Positions 18,055-28,572 are shown, numbered from the stretch's first letter. The stretch is 64,000 bases of DNA from an uncultured Spirochaetales bacterium (GCA_964553615.1 CAZKMA010000009.1:17864-81863), one strand, 5' to 3'. Notes: generated by a model not told the origin, from the letters alone. A program made the numbers and translations.

Positions 18055-19172
18055 AACCTCACGTGACGGGGTTCTATCCTGCCGTCCCGTGCAAGGATGG
18101 ACGCGCGCTTCACAATTGCATGCAGTTCGCGCACATTTCCCGGCCAGTCGTATTCAAGGAGTTTTCTCAACGCGGCGTCGGTAAATCCGAGACCGGGCTT
18201 GTCGCCGACATAGGAAACGGCGAGCTCGGGAATATCGGCGGGTCGAGACCGGAGCGGCGGAACCGGTATACGAAGAATGTTTATGCGGTAGAACAAGTCC
18301 CGTCGAAAGGTTTTGGCCGCAACGGCCGATCGGAGATCCGTATTGGTCGCTGCAACTATCCGGACGTCCACCTCATGCTCCCGGGTTGCCCCTATTCTGC
18401 GCACAATGTGATCTTCGAGAACGCGGAGCAGCTTTGACTGCGCCATTGCAGACATCTCACCAATTTCATCAAGAAAGAGTGTACCGCCGTCTGCACGCTC
18501 AATGAACCCAGTCCGCGCAATTGCATCGGTGTACGCGCCCTTCTCGACACCGAACATTTCGGCCTCGAACAGGCTGTCCGGTATTGCAGCGCAGTTGACC
18601 GGAATGAATGGACCGCCGCAGCGGGGTGAGAGACGATGGATGGTGCGGGCAGTCAGTTCCTTGCCGGTCCCGCTCTCCCCGAGGATGAGAATTGGATCTG
18701 CGGACGGCGCAAAGGAGGCAATGAGCTCCTTGAGCTCGGAGACTGCTTCACTTCTTCCAAGAATCGCATCCAGCGGTCCGTTCCCGGGTGCGCCGCCGCA
18801 GCGTCGCGCGGCAAGTCGTTGCGCCAACGCCCGGCGTATTGTCGATTCCAGCGTTGCAAGCAGCGCAGGTTTTACGATGTAGTCGAAAGCACCCGCACGG
18901 ATTGCCTGAACCACCGTTGCGGTGTCGGAGACCGAACTGTACATGATAATGCCCGGCGGGGATGAAATGCCGTTCAACACCGGTATGAGCTCGATCCCAC
19001 TCATTCCCTGAAGGTTTGTTTCCAGAAATATCAGGTCCGGATTTTCTCGGCGAACAAGCTCCATCAATTCCGTCCCGCTCGGATGGGCGGAAACGCGAAA
19101 GCGAGAGGAAAGGATCTGAGTGAAAGTCCTTCGATCCTGATCGTTCTCGTCAATCAAGAGTATCCGTACCAT
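18048..19172 (-). CDS. Sigma54-dependent enhancer-binding protein (receiver + AAA+), lacking a C-terminal HTH
   Basis: GESGTGKE, VNCAAIP, GVEKGAYTDA, LFLDEIGEM, FRRDLFYRIN, WPGNVREL; ends at IEPRHVRFY. Receiver has DLIFLE. Confidence 0.9.
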   Translation of the reverse strand: MVRILLIDENDQDRRTFTQILSSRFRVSAHPSGTELMELVRRENPDLIFLETNLQGMSGIELIPVLNGISSPPGIIMYSSVSDTATVVQAIRAGAFDYIVKPALLATLESTIRRALAQRLAARRCGGAPGNGPLDAILGRSEAVSELKELIASFAPSADPILILGESGTGKELTARTIHRLSPRCGGPFIPVNCAAIPDSLFEAEMFGVEKGAYTDAIARTGFIERADGGTLFLDEIGEMSAMAQSKLLRVLEDHIVRRIGATREHEVDVRIVAATNTDLRSAVAAKTFRRDLFYRINILRIPVPPLRSRPADIPELAVSYVGDKPGLGFTDAALRKLLEYDWPGNVRELHAIVKRASILARDGRIEPRHVRFY

Positions 19173-19350
19173 CGAATCGTCTCCCCTTTCCCGGGAAATG
19201 AGGTATGTCGGTATGCGGAACTGATGCTTCGCCGAATACGTCTGACTGACTGGCTGGACGAACGTACATCCTTAAGCGTAGTGGATTCAAAGAAAAAAGC
19301 AAGGGAACGGACGAATAATCTCGAATCGTTGTATAGTATAGCCTGCAATT

Positions 19351-19926
19351 ATGGTGGATGTACGAAGCCTGGTCCGCATTTTCGAGCGCGGTGTCCTTGC
19401 GAAATTCTTCTTCGAGCTCCTCTACTTTTCGCTGCTGATCCTGCTCGACGGCTTCGCTCTCGTTGTGTTTTCCCGGTCGAACGGCGTGTTCATTATGCTT
19501 GCAATCGAGGCGACAACCAGTCTTGCCGGTGCAATTGTCGTCATTGATTCAACCCGAAGACTCGCGGCGAGCGCCCGTCGCAGCATTCGAAGCGGGGCAT
19601 ATCCGGCGCCGGAATTCAGGGATCTTGCAGGATGCCTGCTCGCCGGAATTCTCATAGTTATCCCCGGACTGGCAACCAGCGCCGTGGGAGTGCTGCTCTT
19701 CATGCCGGGAGTCCGTTCTCTTGTCGGAAGAGCGCTTACCCGAAGAATCGAACCCGAACTACTCCAGGTTTACCAGCACCTGAAGCTCATGGAGTTCGAA
19801 GACAAGGATCGAACAGAGAACGTCGAACTAGAGATTTCGCACGCGGTGCACGACCAGAAGAAAGCCGTAGTACAGATAGACGAATCCACGGAGAATCCGC
19901 CACGGCCTCCGGAGCAGTTCGGGTAA
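19351..19926 (+). CDS. fxsA: FxsA family membrane protein
   Basis: AGCLLAGILIVIPGLATSAVGVLLFMP matches the FxsA LLxxPGFxTD-type motif; several TMs. Confidence 0.75.
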   Translation: MVDVRSLVRIFERGVLAKFFFELLYFSLLILLDGFALVVFSRSNGVFIMLAIEATTSLAGAIVVIDSTRRLAASARRSIRSGAYPAPEFRDLAGCLLAGILIVIPGLATSAVGVLLFMPGVRSLVGRALTRRIEPELLQVYQHLKLMEFEDKDRTENVELEISHAVHDQKKAVVQIDESTENPPRPPEQFG

Positions 19927-20586
19927 CACATCGGTCCCTGCCTGGAAACTCCGTCGGGAAGGGCGTTTCCGCCGTTCAGAGAACACGTCGAAACACTCGG
20001 AAGACCATAACGCAATTCCCGCGCCGAGCTGGTTCCGGTGCCGAAAAAACCACTTGTTTCGCCCCTTCAGGCCGGAACCCATGAGAAGCAGATCCGGAGA
20101 AGACTTTTTTATGGCAGTAACGATATCGCGTTCAACATTGAGATCGAAATAACCGGTATACCTGCCTACGAGCCGGAGGCCGGGAAAGGTGTGGCGAAGA
20201 TTTTGTTCGGTGTTCTGAAGGTAGTTCTTTGTTCCGCCGAGCAGATAGACACTCCGTCCGCGACTTTCAAGCGAGCCAAGGAGGCGAATCGCAAAGTCGA
20301 ACGGCATATACCGATGCGGCGCCTGTCGCTTCAGGAAGCGTGCACCCGACAGGATTCCGCGTGATACGGGAATGACCAGCGTAGCCTGACGTACACATCG
20401 GTTGAACTCCCGGTCCACCCGCGCCCGCATGAGATCCCAGAGCCGGAGCAGCACTATCTGATGGCTCTGCCCGTCTTTTGCGAGCAGTTCAACTGCCTCA
20501 TCGATCGAATCAGGCGGGAGAATATCGATGGGAACGTGCAGGACGTGAATACGCCGTACACCAGGAAGCTTTAGTTGATCCGCCAC
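19828..20586 (-). CDS. WecB/TagA/CpsF family glycosyltransferase
   Basis: IHVLHVPID, VYLLGG, FPGLRLVGRYTGYF, PDLLLMGSG. Confidence 0.88.
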   Translation of the reverse strand: MADQLKLPGVRRIHVLHVPIDILPPDSIDEAVELLAKDGQSHQIVLLRLWDLMRARVDREFNRCVRQATLVIPVSRGILSGARFLKRQAPHRYMPFDFAIRLLGSLESRGRSVYLLGGTKNYLQNTEQNLRHTFPGLRLVGRYTGYFDLNVERDIVTAIKKSSPDLLLMGSGLKGRNKWFFRHRNQLGAGIALWSSECFDVFSERRKRPSRRSFQAGTDVLPELLRRPWRILRGFVYLYYGFLLVVHRVRNL

Positions 20587-21332
20587 GTTTTCTTCTCCAA
20601 CAGAACGATCTGCACTGCGGCAATGGCATACAGGGCCGCAGTTTCGGTTCTCAGCACACGGGACCCGAGATACGCGGCGCCGAAGCCGAGCTGCCGCAAA
20701 TGGTCGATCTCGGATTCGGCCAGGCCACCTTCCGGACCAACGACAATTGCAACGCGTTGCGGGTTTGCACTAAGATACCCGTGCAGTGTACGCTGTTCAA
20801 GAGGCTCCTGGTGAAAGAAGATTCCAACGGAGTCCCGATTGCACGCGAACTTTTCACCGAGCCGATCGAAAGGAATAGGAGCAACGATTTCGGGAATGCG
20901 TGGCGTGCCGCTCTGCTGCACCGCCTCGCGGGCAACACGCAGCCAGCGTTGCCGTTTCTTTTCCTCGGTTCGGGCGTCGTCAATTCGGGGAATGCTGTGG
21001 CGGCTGATGAGCGGTACAATCCGGGCCACACCCGCCTCGGTGGCCTGACGGACAATGAGGTCAGTCTTCGAACCCTTCGGAAGACACTGGAAGAGAGTAA
21101 TCTGCGGGCAGTCGGCAACTTCTTCACCCGCCGCGGCCAGAACGCTGACGACGCATTTCCCCGAATCGACACGTTCCATCCGCAGGCGATACCGGTTTCC
21201 CGCGCCGTCAACACCGGCGACTTCGTCTCCCGGCCCCATCCGCCTTACCGTACATAGATAGTGAAAATCTCTGCCGGTTAGCTCTACTTCGCTCTGACCG
21301 GCATAACTATGGGGTAGCAGGAACTGCTTCAT
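20571..21332 (-). CDS. rsmE: 16S rRNA m3U1498 methyltransferase
   Basis: HYLCTVRRM, CLPKGSKTDLIVRQATEAGV, EAVQQS, VGPEGGL, LGSRVLRTETAA. Confidence 0.95.
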   Translation of the reverse strand: MKQFLLPHSYAGQSEVELTGRDFHYLCTVRRMGPGDEVAGVDGAGNRYRLRMERVDSGKCVVSVLAAAGEEVADCPQITLFQCLPKGSKTDLIVRQATEAGVARIVPLISRHSIPRIDDARTEEKKRQRWLRVAREAVQQSGTPRIPEIVAPIPFDRLGEKFACNRDSVGIFFHQEPLEQRTLHGYLSANPQRVAIVVGPEGGLAESEIDHLRQLGFGAAYLGSRVLRTETAALYAIAAVQIVLLEKKTWRIN

Positions 21333-22773
21333 GCACTGAAGGGTGAATCTGGCCCTGCTTGAGCATCTGCACCGCGTCGTTGAGAACCGTGTCGTACTCC
21401 AGATCATAAACGACCGGAGTGCTGGTGAGACGGGCCATTTCGTTCTTTATGAGATTCCGGACAAGGCGGCCATCCAGGTCTATTCCCTCACTTTTCAAGC
21501 CGTTCAGGAACGCTTCGACATCCGCCGCACCCGGCTTCGGATGCTTCTCGACGAACTTCTGGACGCGCTGTTCACTCAAGAGCTTCACGTAGGCCTTCTG
21601 CTGATCTTCGGTGAGCTTTGGCTGGGTTATGATCCGGTTCGGCTCGATCCCCTTCTTGTCGATGAACTCCCCGTTGGGTGTAAAGTACTTTGCCATCGTC
21701 AGACGGAATCCGCCTTCTCCGACATTCCGGACCTGCTGCACGGAGCCCTTGCCGTAGGTCTTTTCGCCAATCAGGTAACCCCGTCCGCGATCCTTCAGGG
21801 CACCGGCGAGGATTTCTGCAGCCGAGGCCGTGCCACCATCCACGAGCACCGCAATGGGAAGGTCGTTTGGTACAATCTGCCCGGGCGTCGCATTAAAGGT
21901 CTGATTCTCGCTCGAAACACGGCTGTGGGTACCGACTATGAGACCACTGGAATAGAAGAGGTCCGCGGTATCGATAACCGCATTCAACAGACCACCGGGG
22001 TCGTTGCGGAGGTCTATCACCATGGATGAGTATTTGTGCTGCTTGAAGAAGCTGATAGCCTCCCGGACACGTTCTGCGGTGTGGGGAGTGAACTGGATAA
22101 TCCGCAGATATCCGATCCCACCTTGTGCTGAGGAGTCGATCGGTATCATATCCCACTTCACGGTCGGCACCTCGATAATTGTGCGCTTGAGCGTGACGGG
22201 AAACTCAAGAGACTCGCCGCGCCGCACGGTAATGGTAACCTGGGTGCCCGGAGCACCGCGAAGTCTGTTCACCGCATCGTCGACAGTCATATCGGCAGTA
22301 GAGTCCTTTCCAATTTTTGCAATAAGATCGCCCGCATGGATTCCGGCGTGGAATGCGGGAGTGTCTTCGATCGGAGATACAACCTCTATGTAGCCGGGGG
22401 TCTTCTGCCCCTCCGGCAGAGGCTGCTTGGATATGTACATTCCAACCCCGCCAAACTCCCCGGAAGTCGTATCCGTGAGACTTCTCATCTGATCGGAAGT
22501 CAGATACGCCGAGAACGGGTCGTTCAGACTCTCGAACATGCCCTTCATTGCCCCTTCCACCAGCACTTTCGGGTCGACCGAGTCTACGTAGTTGTTCTGT
22601 ACGAACTGGAACACCTGGTTGAACATAGAGAGCAACCGCTGTGTTTCGGCATCCTGACTCTGTGCAAATACGGGCGGAACAAATACAAAGACGGTGAGAA
22701 CTGCCGAAAGAACGGCGGTTGTGGCTATCCACACGAGTCTTTCGCGACTTTTTCTACTTGCGGAACGGTTCAT
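21307..22773 (-). CDS. ctpA: Carboxy-terminal processing protease (S41A, PDZ)
   Basis: GEFGGVG, DLRNDPGGLL, TASAAEILAGALKD, TYGKGSVQ. Start ATG 22773 with GGAG SD. Confidence 0.93.
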   Translation of the reverse strand: MNRSASRKSRERLVWIATTAVLSAVLTVFVFVPPVFAQSQDAETQRLLSMFNQVFQFVQNNYVDSVDPKVLVEGAMKGMFESLNDPFSAYLTSDQMRSLTDTTSGEFGGVGMYISKQPLPEGQKTPGYIEVVSPIEDTPAFHAGIHAGDLIAKIGKDSTADMTVDDAVNRLRGAPGTQVTITVRRGESLEFPVTLKRTIIEVPTVKWDMIPIDSSAQGGIGYLRIIQFTPHTAERVREAISFFKQHKYSSMVIDLRNDPGGLLNAVIDTADLFYSSGLIVGTHSRVSSENQTFNATPGQIVPNDLPIAVLVDGGTASAAEILAGALKDRGRGYLIGEKTYGKGSVQQVRNVGEGGFRLTMAKYFTPNGEFIDKKGIEPNRIITQPKLTEDQQKAYVKLLSEQRVQKFVEKHPKPGAADVEAFLNGLKSEGIDLDGRLVRNLIKNEMARLTSTPVVYDLEYDTVLNDAVQMLKQGQIHPSVHEAVPATP

Positions 22774-22918
22774 CTGGCTCTCCACGTGAGAAATCACGTC
22801 CCAATAATAGCGCAAATTGCCGACTTGTACACTACGATACACCCGGCACGGAGTATCCGCGATCGACGAACCCATGCACTTGACCGGAGCTAAGCGTCGC
22901 CCGTACACTCGTTTCGAC

Positions 22919-23386
22919 ATGAGCCGGCCACGATTCTTTTCCCTTGCAGGTGCGCTGTGGGAACTCACCCGTTTCTCGCTTCTCTACGCCCTTGTTCTCT
23001 GGCAGGCGGAGGGCAGCAACCTGTCAATGGTCCGAATTCTCTGGTTCGGCTCGGCGCAGCTCGCGCTGATTCCCGCTTTCATCCTCCTTGCGTGGGATCC
23101 GATACGGTATAGCCAGTACATCAGGCTCATCGCCGCTGCGAAAATCGTCTCCCTGGTTCCCGGAATCGGGCTCACCGTCATTCTTGTCCGGAGCCTCGGG
23201 CTGTTCGTTGAGCCTGTTCACTTTATCCGATTCTATTTTCCGGTCTTTGCCTCGTTCGCGATCCTGGCGATCGATGTCATTTTTCTCCTGATTCTGATAC
23301 GATGGGGCAGCGGAGGAGGGGCGGAACAACCGGATACGGACTCTTCCCTTCCCGAATACCACGAAACCGAGGTCAAGGATATCTGA
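22919..23386 (+). CDS. Hypothetical membrane protein (4 TM)
   Basis: Hydrophobic ORF; ATG 22919 lies 9 nt after TTGACC-18-TACACT; stop abuts the next gene. Confidence 0.7.
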   Translation: MSRPRFFSLAGALWELTRFSLLYALVLWQAEGSNLSMVRILWFGSAQLALIPAFILLAWDPIRYSQYIRLIAAAKIVSLVPGIGLTVILVRSLGLFVEPVHFIRFYFPVFASFAILAIDVIFLLILIRWGSGGGAEQPDTDSSLPEYHETEVKDI

Positions 23387-24529
23387 ATGCACGTACTCCC
23401 GATTGCCAGCGGGAAGGGGGGTGTCGGAAAGTCTCTCCTCGCGGCCAACATCGCCATTGTTCTTGCGCAGGCAGGCAAGCGCGTCATTCTCGCCGACCTG
23501 GATCTCGGGGGCTCCAATCTTCACCTCATTCTGGGTCTTCGGAACATAACCTCGGGCATCGGCACGATCATAGGACACGCCAAAGCAGACTTCGACGAGA
23601 TCATTGTGACTACCGAGTATGACGGGCTCCGTTTTATTCCTGGCGATGCGGAAATCCCCGGTATTGCAAACATATCGAGTGCGCAGAAACGAACCCTCAT
23701 CAGAAAACTCATGTCGCTGGACGCCGATTATCTGATACTCGATCTCGGTGCGGGAACAAACTTCAACATTCTGGATTTCTTCCTTGTCTCGGGAAACGGA
23801 ATCATCGTGACCACACCAACTCCGACTGCCACCGTAAATGCGTATCTCTTCCTCAAGAACGTGGTCTTCCGCATCATGAACACGGCGTTCAAGCGGAACT
23901 CCGAAGCAGCGAAATATCTGGACAGTCTGAAAAAGGAGGGGACTCAGCTCCAGCGCGTGTACATCATGCAACTCCTCGAGCATATCCGCTCTATAGACCC
24001 TGCGAGTCACGCGGCGTTCGAAGGGGCAATGTCCCGGTTTCATCCCCGGCTGGTCCTGAATATGATGGAAGATCCGAAGGATGCAGACAAAGCAACCCGT
24101 TTTCGCAGAAGCTGTCGGCAATATCTCGGATTGGATGTGGAGCATCTCGGCATCATCTATCGTGATGAAATCCAGGATATAGCGCTGCAGTCCCGGCTGC
24201 CCGTCGTCATCTACAAGCCGGCAGCAGTACTTTCTCTGGCAGTCTATCGGATAGCTGACAAACTGCTGCAGCTCGGAGAAGACGCCGATGGATCGCTCGG
24301 TCTTGAAACGATCGACGAGTCATACGAGACGGCCGAAATGGAAGCTGAGATTGATTTTGAAGCCAAGATGGACTACGTTGAAGACCTGCTCCATACCGGT
24401 GCGCTGACTCAGGGAGACCTCGTCGAAGCGGTAAAGACGCAGCAATACGAAATCAATCAGCTCCGGCGCGAAAATCAGCTTCTGAAGTCGAAGCTGCTCA
24501 AGGCTGCCGGACAGGGTTTCCATCTATAG
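23387..24529 (+). CDS. MinD/FlhG (YlxH)-like P-loop ATPase with a C-terminal coiled coil
   Basis: ASGKGGVGKS deviant Walker A, DLDLGGSNL, ILDLGAGT. Confidence 0.88.
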   Translation: MHVLPIASGKGGVGKSLLAANIAIVLAQAGKRVILADLDLGGSNLHLILGLRNITSGIGTIIGHAKADFDEIIVTTEYDGLRFIPGDAEIPGIANISSAQKRTLIRKLMSLDADYLILDLGAGTNFNILDFFLVSGNGIIVTTPTPTATVNAYLFLKNVVFRIMNTAFKRNSEAAKYLDSLKKEGTQLQRVYIMQLLEHIRSIDPASHAAFEGAMSRFHPRLVLNMMEDPKDADKATRFRRSCRQYLGLDVEHLGIIYRDEIQDIALQSRLPVVIYKPAAVLSLAVYRIADKLLQLGEDADGSLGLETIDESYETAEMEAEIDFEAKMDYVEDLLHTGALTQGDLVEAVKTQQYEINQLRRENQLLKSKLLKAAGQGFHL

Positions 24530-24532
24530 AGA

Positions 24533-27500
24533 TTGGTAAAAGACATGCCAAAAAGCGATGTACAGGTCCATGCCACCGTCGAGCTCGAACTGAGCCCCGA
24601 CGGATCAGAAGCACACGTTCTGATCTCTCGGTCCGAAGGCGGAGAGGCCTGGACGGTAACGCGTATCCTGTCTCTCCTGTCGAGCCGCAACATTACCGGC
24701 ATAGTAACCCGGGACGAAATAGAACGGAAGCTCAAGCTCTTCGAAAACGGCAAGGAACCATCACTCAACATGACCGTCGCCAAAGGGACCCCTCCAACGG
24801 ATCCGTCTCCTGAGCGGCCTGAGTGGACCGACCACGCGGTCCCTGAGCAGATGACCGATATTGCCCGGGACTTCGTGGCCTCTGAACCTCCGCCGGAGAT
24901 AACGACCGAAGTCGTAGAGAAGATCAGACGAAAAAAGCGTGTTTTGAAAAAGTCGCACATCCCCTTCCTGCCTCCGAAAGAGGAAATCGTGGAGGTGGTG
25001 GAGCGACAGGTTCACAACGAACGGGTCTATCTCGATCCGACGGTCGAAGGCTACGGGTGGGTCGATGCGGAACAGAAGGTGGCCGACCTGTTCCCGGGAG
25101 ATCCAGGAACACCCGGCAAAGACGTATTCGGGAAGGCAGTTCCTCCGGCAGCAATCCTGGACGCGGACTACCACACCGGCAGAAATCTCAACAGAAAGCG
25201 CAATGAGTTGTTCAGCGAAACTTCCGGGTTCCTGCGGTACGGGACCAACTGGGCGGACATCATTCCATTCCGCCTTCACCGCTGGGACCTCTATCTCTCG
25301 GACGACAGGGCAACATGCTTTCTCAATCTCGAACCGGGCAGTCTCGAGGCTCCCAGGCCGACTCCGGACGAAATATTCGACGCGGCCGAAAAGCTCTCCT
25401 ATTCCCGTGAGGTACTGCTCGATCCGCAGGAGATAATCGGCCTTATCGATAACACGATTATCCACGGCAACCCGGTGCGGGGCATTTCGCTTTCCCGGAG
25501 CCGGGACGGTCGCGCCGAAGTCACGGTCAGCGAGGACCGGCTCACTGCAGTGCTCTCTGTTCGCAAGAGTCGCGGAAACGGCAAACCGCTCAAACTCCGG
25601 GATATCGGTGCAGCCATTACCGCTGCACGGTTAAAGTCCTTCGACCGTACGCGCGTCCAGAACGACGTTACCGCGTTTTACCGCGGGCCGGACGACGAAC
25701 TTACCGGTTATATCCTTGCCGAGGGAAAGGCCCCGACGAAAGGAAGAGACAGCGTCGTCGAAATTACCGGCCGTTTCTACGATCCGAAAAAAACGGAAGA
25801 GCTGAAGACACGGATCTCGGCCTCGGGGCGCAATGGTGCCATTTCCGGATCACTTGCCGCCGATTTTCCCCCGGATCTCATCGAGACCATGGCGCCGGTC
25901 CAGCCGGAACAGCGGGTCTTCAGTTACTCACAGCCCTTGACGGGCGAACCGGGCATCGACCTCTACGGACAGGCAATACCGGGAATTTCCGGAGACGAAC
26001 CCCGATTCCGGCTCTTCGAAAACGTCACGCAAAAACAGAACGTCATCATTTCCGAAGTGGAAGGTGTCCTCGATGTGGGGAAGGCCGAGGACGGAACCTA
26101 TCTGCTGCGGGTACGTCAGGATTCCGACGCACAGGTAGAGGTCCTGCTGACACCTGATCGCATGCTTGCCACTCTCTCCGTCACCGGCCGGTCGGGCATA
26201 GGACGGACCGCGAACGAAGAGATGATTCGCACGGCGCTTTCCGAAGCGGGCGTGCGCGTTGGAATAGACGAACCCGCGCTGAAGGAAGCAATCATGCAGG
26301 CGGTTACCGGGGAAGAGGTGGTGGATGCCGTCGTTGCGCGAGGTGAAATGCCGATACGCCCCGGACAGCGTGCTCTGCGCTATCTGGTCCCGGTTGCCAA
26401 CAACGCCGGTGTAAGAATCCGGGAAGACGGACGCGCGGACTACAAGAACCAGGATCGCATTACACAGGTAAGCGCAGGCACCGATATTGCCGAGATTATT
26501 CCGCCGCAGGCAGAACCCCGGGATGGTTTCGATGTAACCGGTAAGGTTATTCCCGTGGGCGAGTCGGCAAACTTCGACGCGGAGGTCGGCGCAAACGTGG
26601 CACAAACACTGCGGCCCGACGGCACCATCGTGTTTGTTGCCAAAGCGAACGGCGAGCTTGTCATTGACCGAAACATCATTTCCGTTCGTGCGGTTCATCT
26701 GATAAGGGGCGATGTAGGTCTCAAGACCGGCAATATCCGCTTTCACGGACCGGTTTCCGTTACGGGAAATGTGCGTTCAGGCTTTTTTGTCATGAGCGAT
26801 GGGGAAATTCGCGTTGGCGAAGGAGTCGAAGCGGGGCTGCTCTCCTCAGGAGAAAACATCCTGATACGGCAGGGTATTCGCGGCGGCGGCAAAGCGGTGC
26901 TGCGCACCAAGAAGAACATACTTGCGGCCTTCTGTGAACAGGCAACATTGCTTTCGGTAGGAGACATCGTAATTGACAGAAGCTGCATGCAAAGCCGCGT
27001 CAAATGCAATGGCAGACTCATTCTCACCGGAGAGAAAGGAAACCTGGTAGGAGGTCAGATACAGGCGCGCAACGGGGTTGAGGCGATGAACATCGGTTCG
27101 GATCGGAGTGCACACACCCAGATATCCTTTGGCCAAAACTACCTCATATCCGACCATATCGAGGCCGAGAGCAAGGAGATCGAGAAGCTCAAGGCACGAC
27201 TCGTGCAGGTAGACGGATATCTGAAGACCGCGGAGACACAAGCCCACCGGACAGACGGGCTCGGTCCGGACGCGGGGACCGGGAAGCCTCTATCGGCTCT
27301 GTACCAGGAAAAAACAAAGCTTTTGCGCTCCATTGAGAAACGAAATATGCGTATCTTTATGTTTCGGGAGAAGTTTGAAGAACACTTCGATTCCGCCGTC
27401 CGAGTCCGCGGAACGGTCTTTCCCGGGACGATTCTCGAGAGCCACGGACGAACCCTGGCAGTCTCGACTGCAAAGAAGAACGTTCAGTTCGTCTTTGACA

Positions 27501-27544
27501 CAACGACCGGACGCATCGAAGAGCGGCCGTTGAATAACTCCTGA
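24533..27544 (+). CDS. FapA (DUF342) family protein with repeated N-terminal domains
   Basis: Three D-[GR]x-A-x-[LV] ... A[KER]GxxP repeat units; C-terminal GDVGLKTGNIRFHGPVSVTGNV beta-solenoid and coiled coil. Confidence 0.85.
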   Translation: MVKDMPKSDVQVHATVELELSPDGSEAHVLISRSEGGEAWTVTRILSLLSSRNITGIVTRDEIERKLKLFENGKEPSLNMTVAKGTPPTDPSPERPEWTDHAVPEQMTDIARDFVASEPPPEITTEVVEKIRRKKRVLKKSHIPFLPPKEEIVEVVERQVHNERVYLDPTVEGYGWVDAEQKVADLFPGDPGTPGKDVFGKAVPPAAILDADYHTGRNLNRKRNELFSETSGFLRYGTNWADIIPFRLHRWDLYLSDDRATCFLNLEPGSLEAPRPTPDEIFDAAEKLSYSREVLLDPQEIIGLIDNTIIHGNPVRGISLSRSRDGRAEVTVSEDRLTAVLSVRKSRGNGKPLKLRDIGAAITAARLKSFDRTRVQNDVTAFYRGPDDELTGYILAEGKAPTKGRDSVVEITGRFYDPKKTEELKTRISASGRNGAISGSLAADFPPDLIETMAPVQPEQRVFSYSQPLTGEPGIDLYGQAIPGISGDEPRFRLFENVTQKQNVIISEVEGVLDVGKAEDGTYLLRVRQDSDAQVEVLLTPDRMLATLSVTGRSGIGRTANEEMIRTALSEAGVRVGIDEPALKEAIMQAVTGEEVVDAVVARGEMPIRPGQRALRYLVPVANNAGVRIREDGRADYKNQDRITQVSAGTDIAEIIPPQAEPRDGFDVTGKVIPVGESANFDAEVGANVAQTLRPDGTIVFVAKANGELVIDRNIISVRAVHLIRGDVGLKTGNIRFHGPVSVTGNVRSGFFVMSDGEIRVGEGVEAGLLSSGENILIRQGIRGGGKAVLRTKKNILAAFCEQATLLSVGDIVIDRSCMQSRVKCNGRLILTGEKGNLVGGQIQARNGVEAMNIGSDRSAHTQISFGQNYLISDHIEAESKEIEKLKARLVQVDGYLKTAETQAHRTDGLGPDAGTGKPLSALYQEKTKLLRSIEKRNMRIFMFREKFEEHFDSAVRVRGTVFPGTILESHGRTLAVSTAKKNVQFVFDTTTGRIEERPLNNS

Positions 27545-27555
27545 CTGGAGGACGC

Positions 27556-28572
27556 ATGCTACTGTACTTGAAATACCCTACGTGGATATCGCCGCAGATC
27601 ATACCAGGACTTCCATTCCGCTGGTACGGACTGATGTACCTCATCGCTTTCGCGGTGACCTACCTCCTGTTCATGTATCAGGTCCGCAAACGAAAACTTG
27701 AACTGAACCCGGATGACGTAACAAGCTTCTTTTTCTGGATTATCATTGGCCTCCTCGTCGGGGGAAGACTCTTCTCCGGAATATTCTACGATCCGACTGG
27801 ATTGTACCTGCACAAACCCTGGCTCATCTTCTGGCCGTTCGACTCAAACATGCACTTCACGGGATTTCAGGGCATGAGTTATCATGGCGGGCTGACCGGC
27901 GGAATTGTAGCGGCAATCATCTTCGCCCGGGTAAGGAAAATCGACCTGCTCGACTGGGGAGACATGCTCATCGCCGGCGTGCCGCTCGGGTACACGTTCG
28001 GACGCCTGGGAAATTTCATAAACGGTGAACTGTGGGGACGTGTCACCACCGAACCGTGGGGAATGGTCTTTCCGAACGCTCAAAGATACCCGGCCAATGT
28101 GCCGTGGGTGGCAAAGGTGGCACACGAAACCGGTGTTCCGGTTCAGTTCTCGAATCAGCTCATCAACCTGCCCAGACACCCTTCCCAGCTCTATGAAGCA
28201 TTCTTCGAAGGAATTGTCCTGTGGGCTATCCTCTGGTTCATCTTTCGAAAACGCAAGCCGTATCCCGGATTCCTCGTTGGGGCCTATGTGGTCGGATACG
28301 GGATCATTCGATTCATCATCGAATACTTCCGGCAGCCGGATCAGGGCATCGGTTACGTAGTCCGGCTCTCTTCGGCGCCGATTCCGCCGGAACTTCTTCG
28401 GACTCCCTTCGACTTCTCAATGGGTCAGGTGTTGAGTTTCTTCATGATCCTTGGCGGGGTCATTGCGCTCATTCTTCTCAAGCGGAGACACGACAACCGC
28501 CCCCAGGTCGCGGCGTTCGAAAAGGTTCCCCCCGGCCAGAGTCAGCAAAGAACAAAACGGCGCCGGAGATAG
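27556..28572 (+). CDS. lgt: Prolipoprotein diacylglyceryl transferase
   Basis: RWYGLMY, GMSYHGG, FGRLGNFINGELWGR, RHPSQLYEA, RFIIEYFRQPD. Confidence 0.97.
   Translation: MLLYLKYPTWISPQIIPGLPFRWYGLMYLIAFAVTYLLFMYQVRKRKLELNPDDVTSFFFWIIIGLLVGGRLFSGIFYDPTGLYLHKPWLIFWPFDSNMHFTGFQGMSYHGGLTGGIVAAIIFARVRKIDLLDWGDMLIAGVPLGYTFGRLGNFINGELWGRVTTEPWGMVFPNAQRYPANVPWVAKVAHETGVPVQFSNQLINLPRHPSQLYEAFFEGIVLWAILWFIFRKRKPYPGFLVGAYVVGYGIIRFIIEYFRQPDQGIGYVVRLSSAPIPPELLRTPFDFSMGQVLSFFMILGGVIALILLKRRHDNRPQVAAFEKVPPGQSQQRTKRRRR

Noticed and set aside
23387-28572. FlhG-like ATPase-FapA-lgt cluster as a novel system
   Set aside because: From memory, a YlxH-like ATPase next to lgt is conserved in Treponema and Borrelia, so it is probably ordinary for the phylum.
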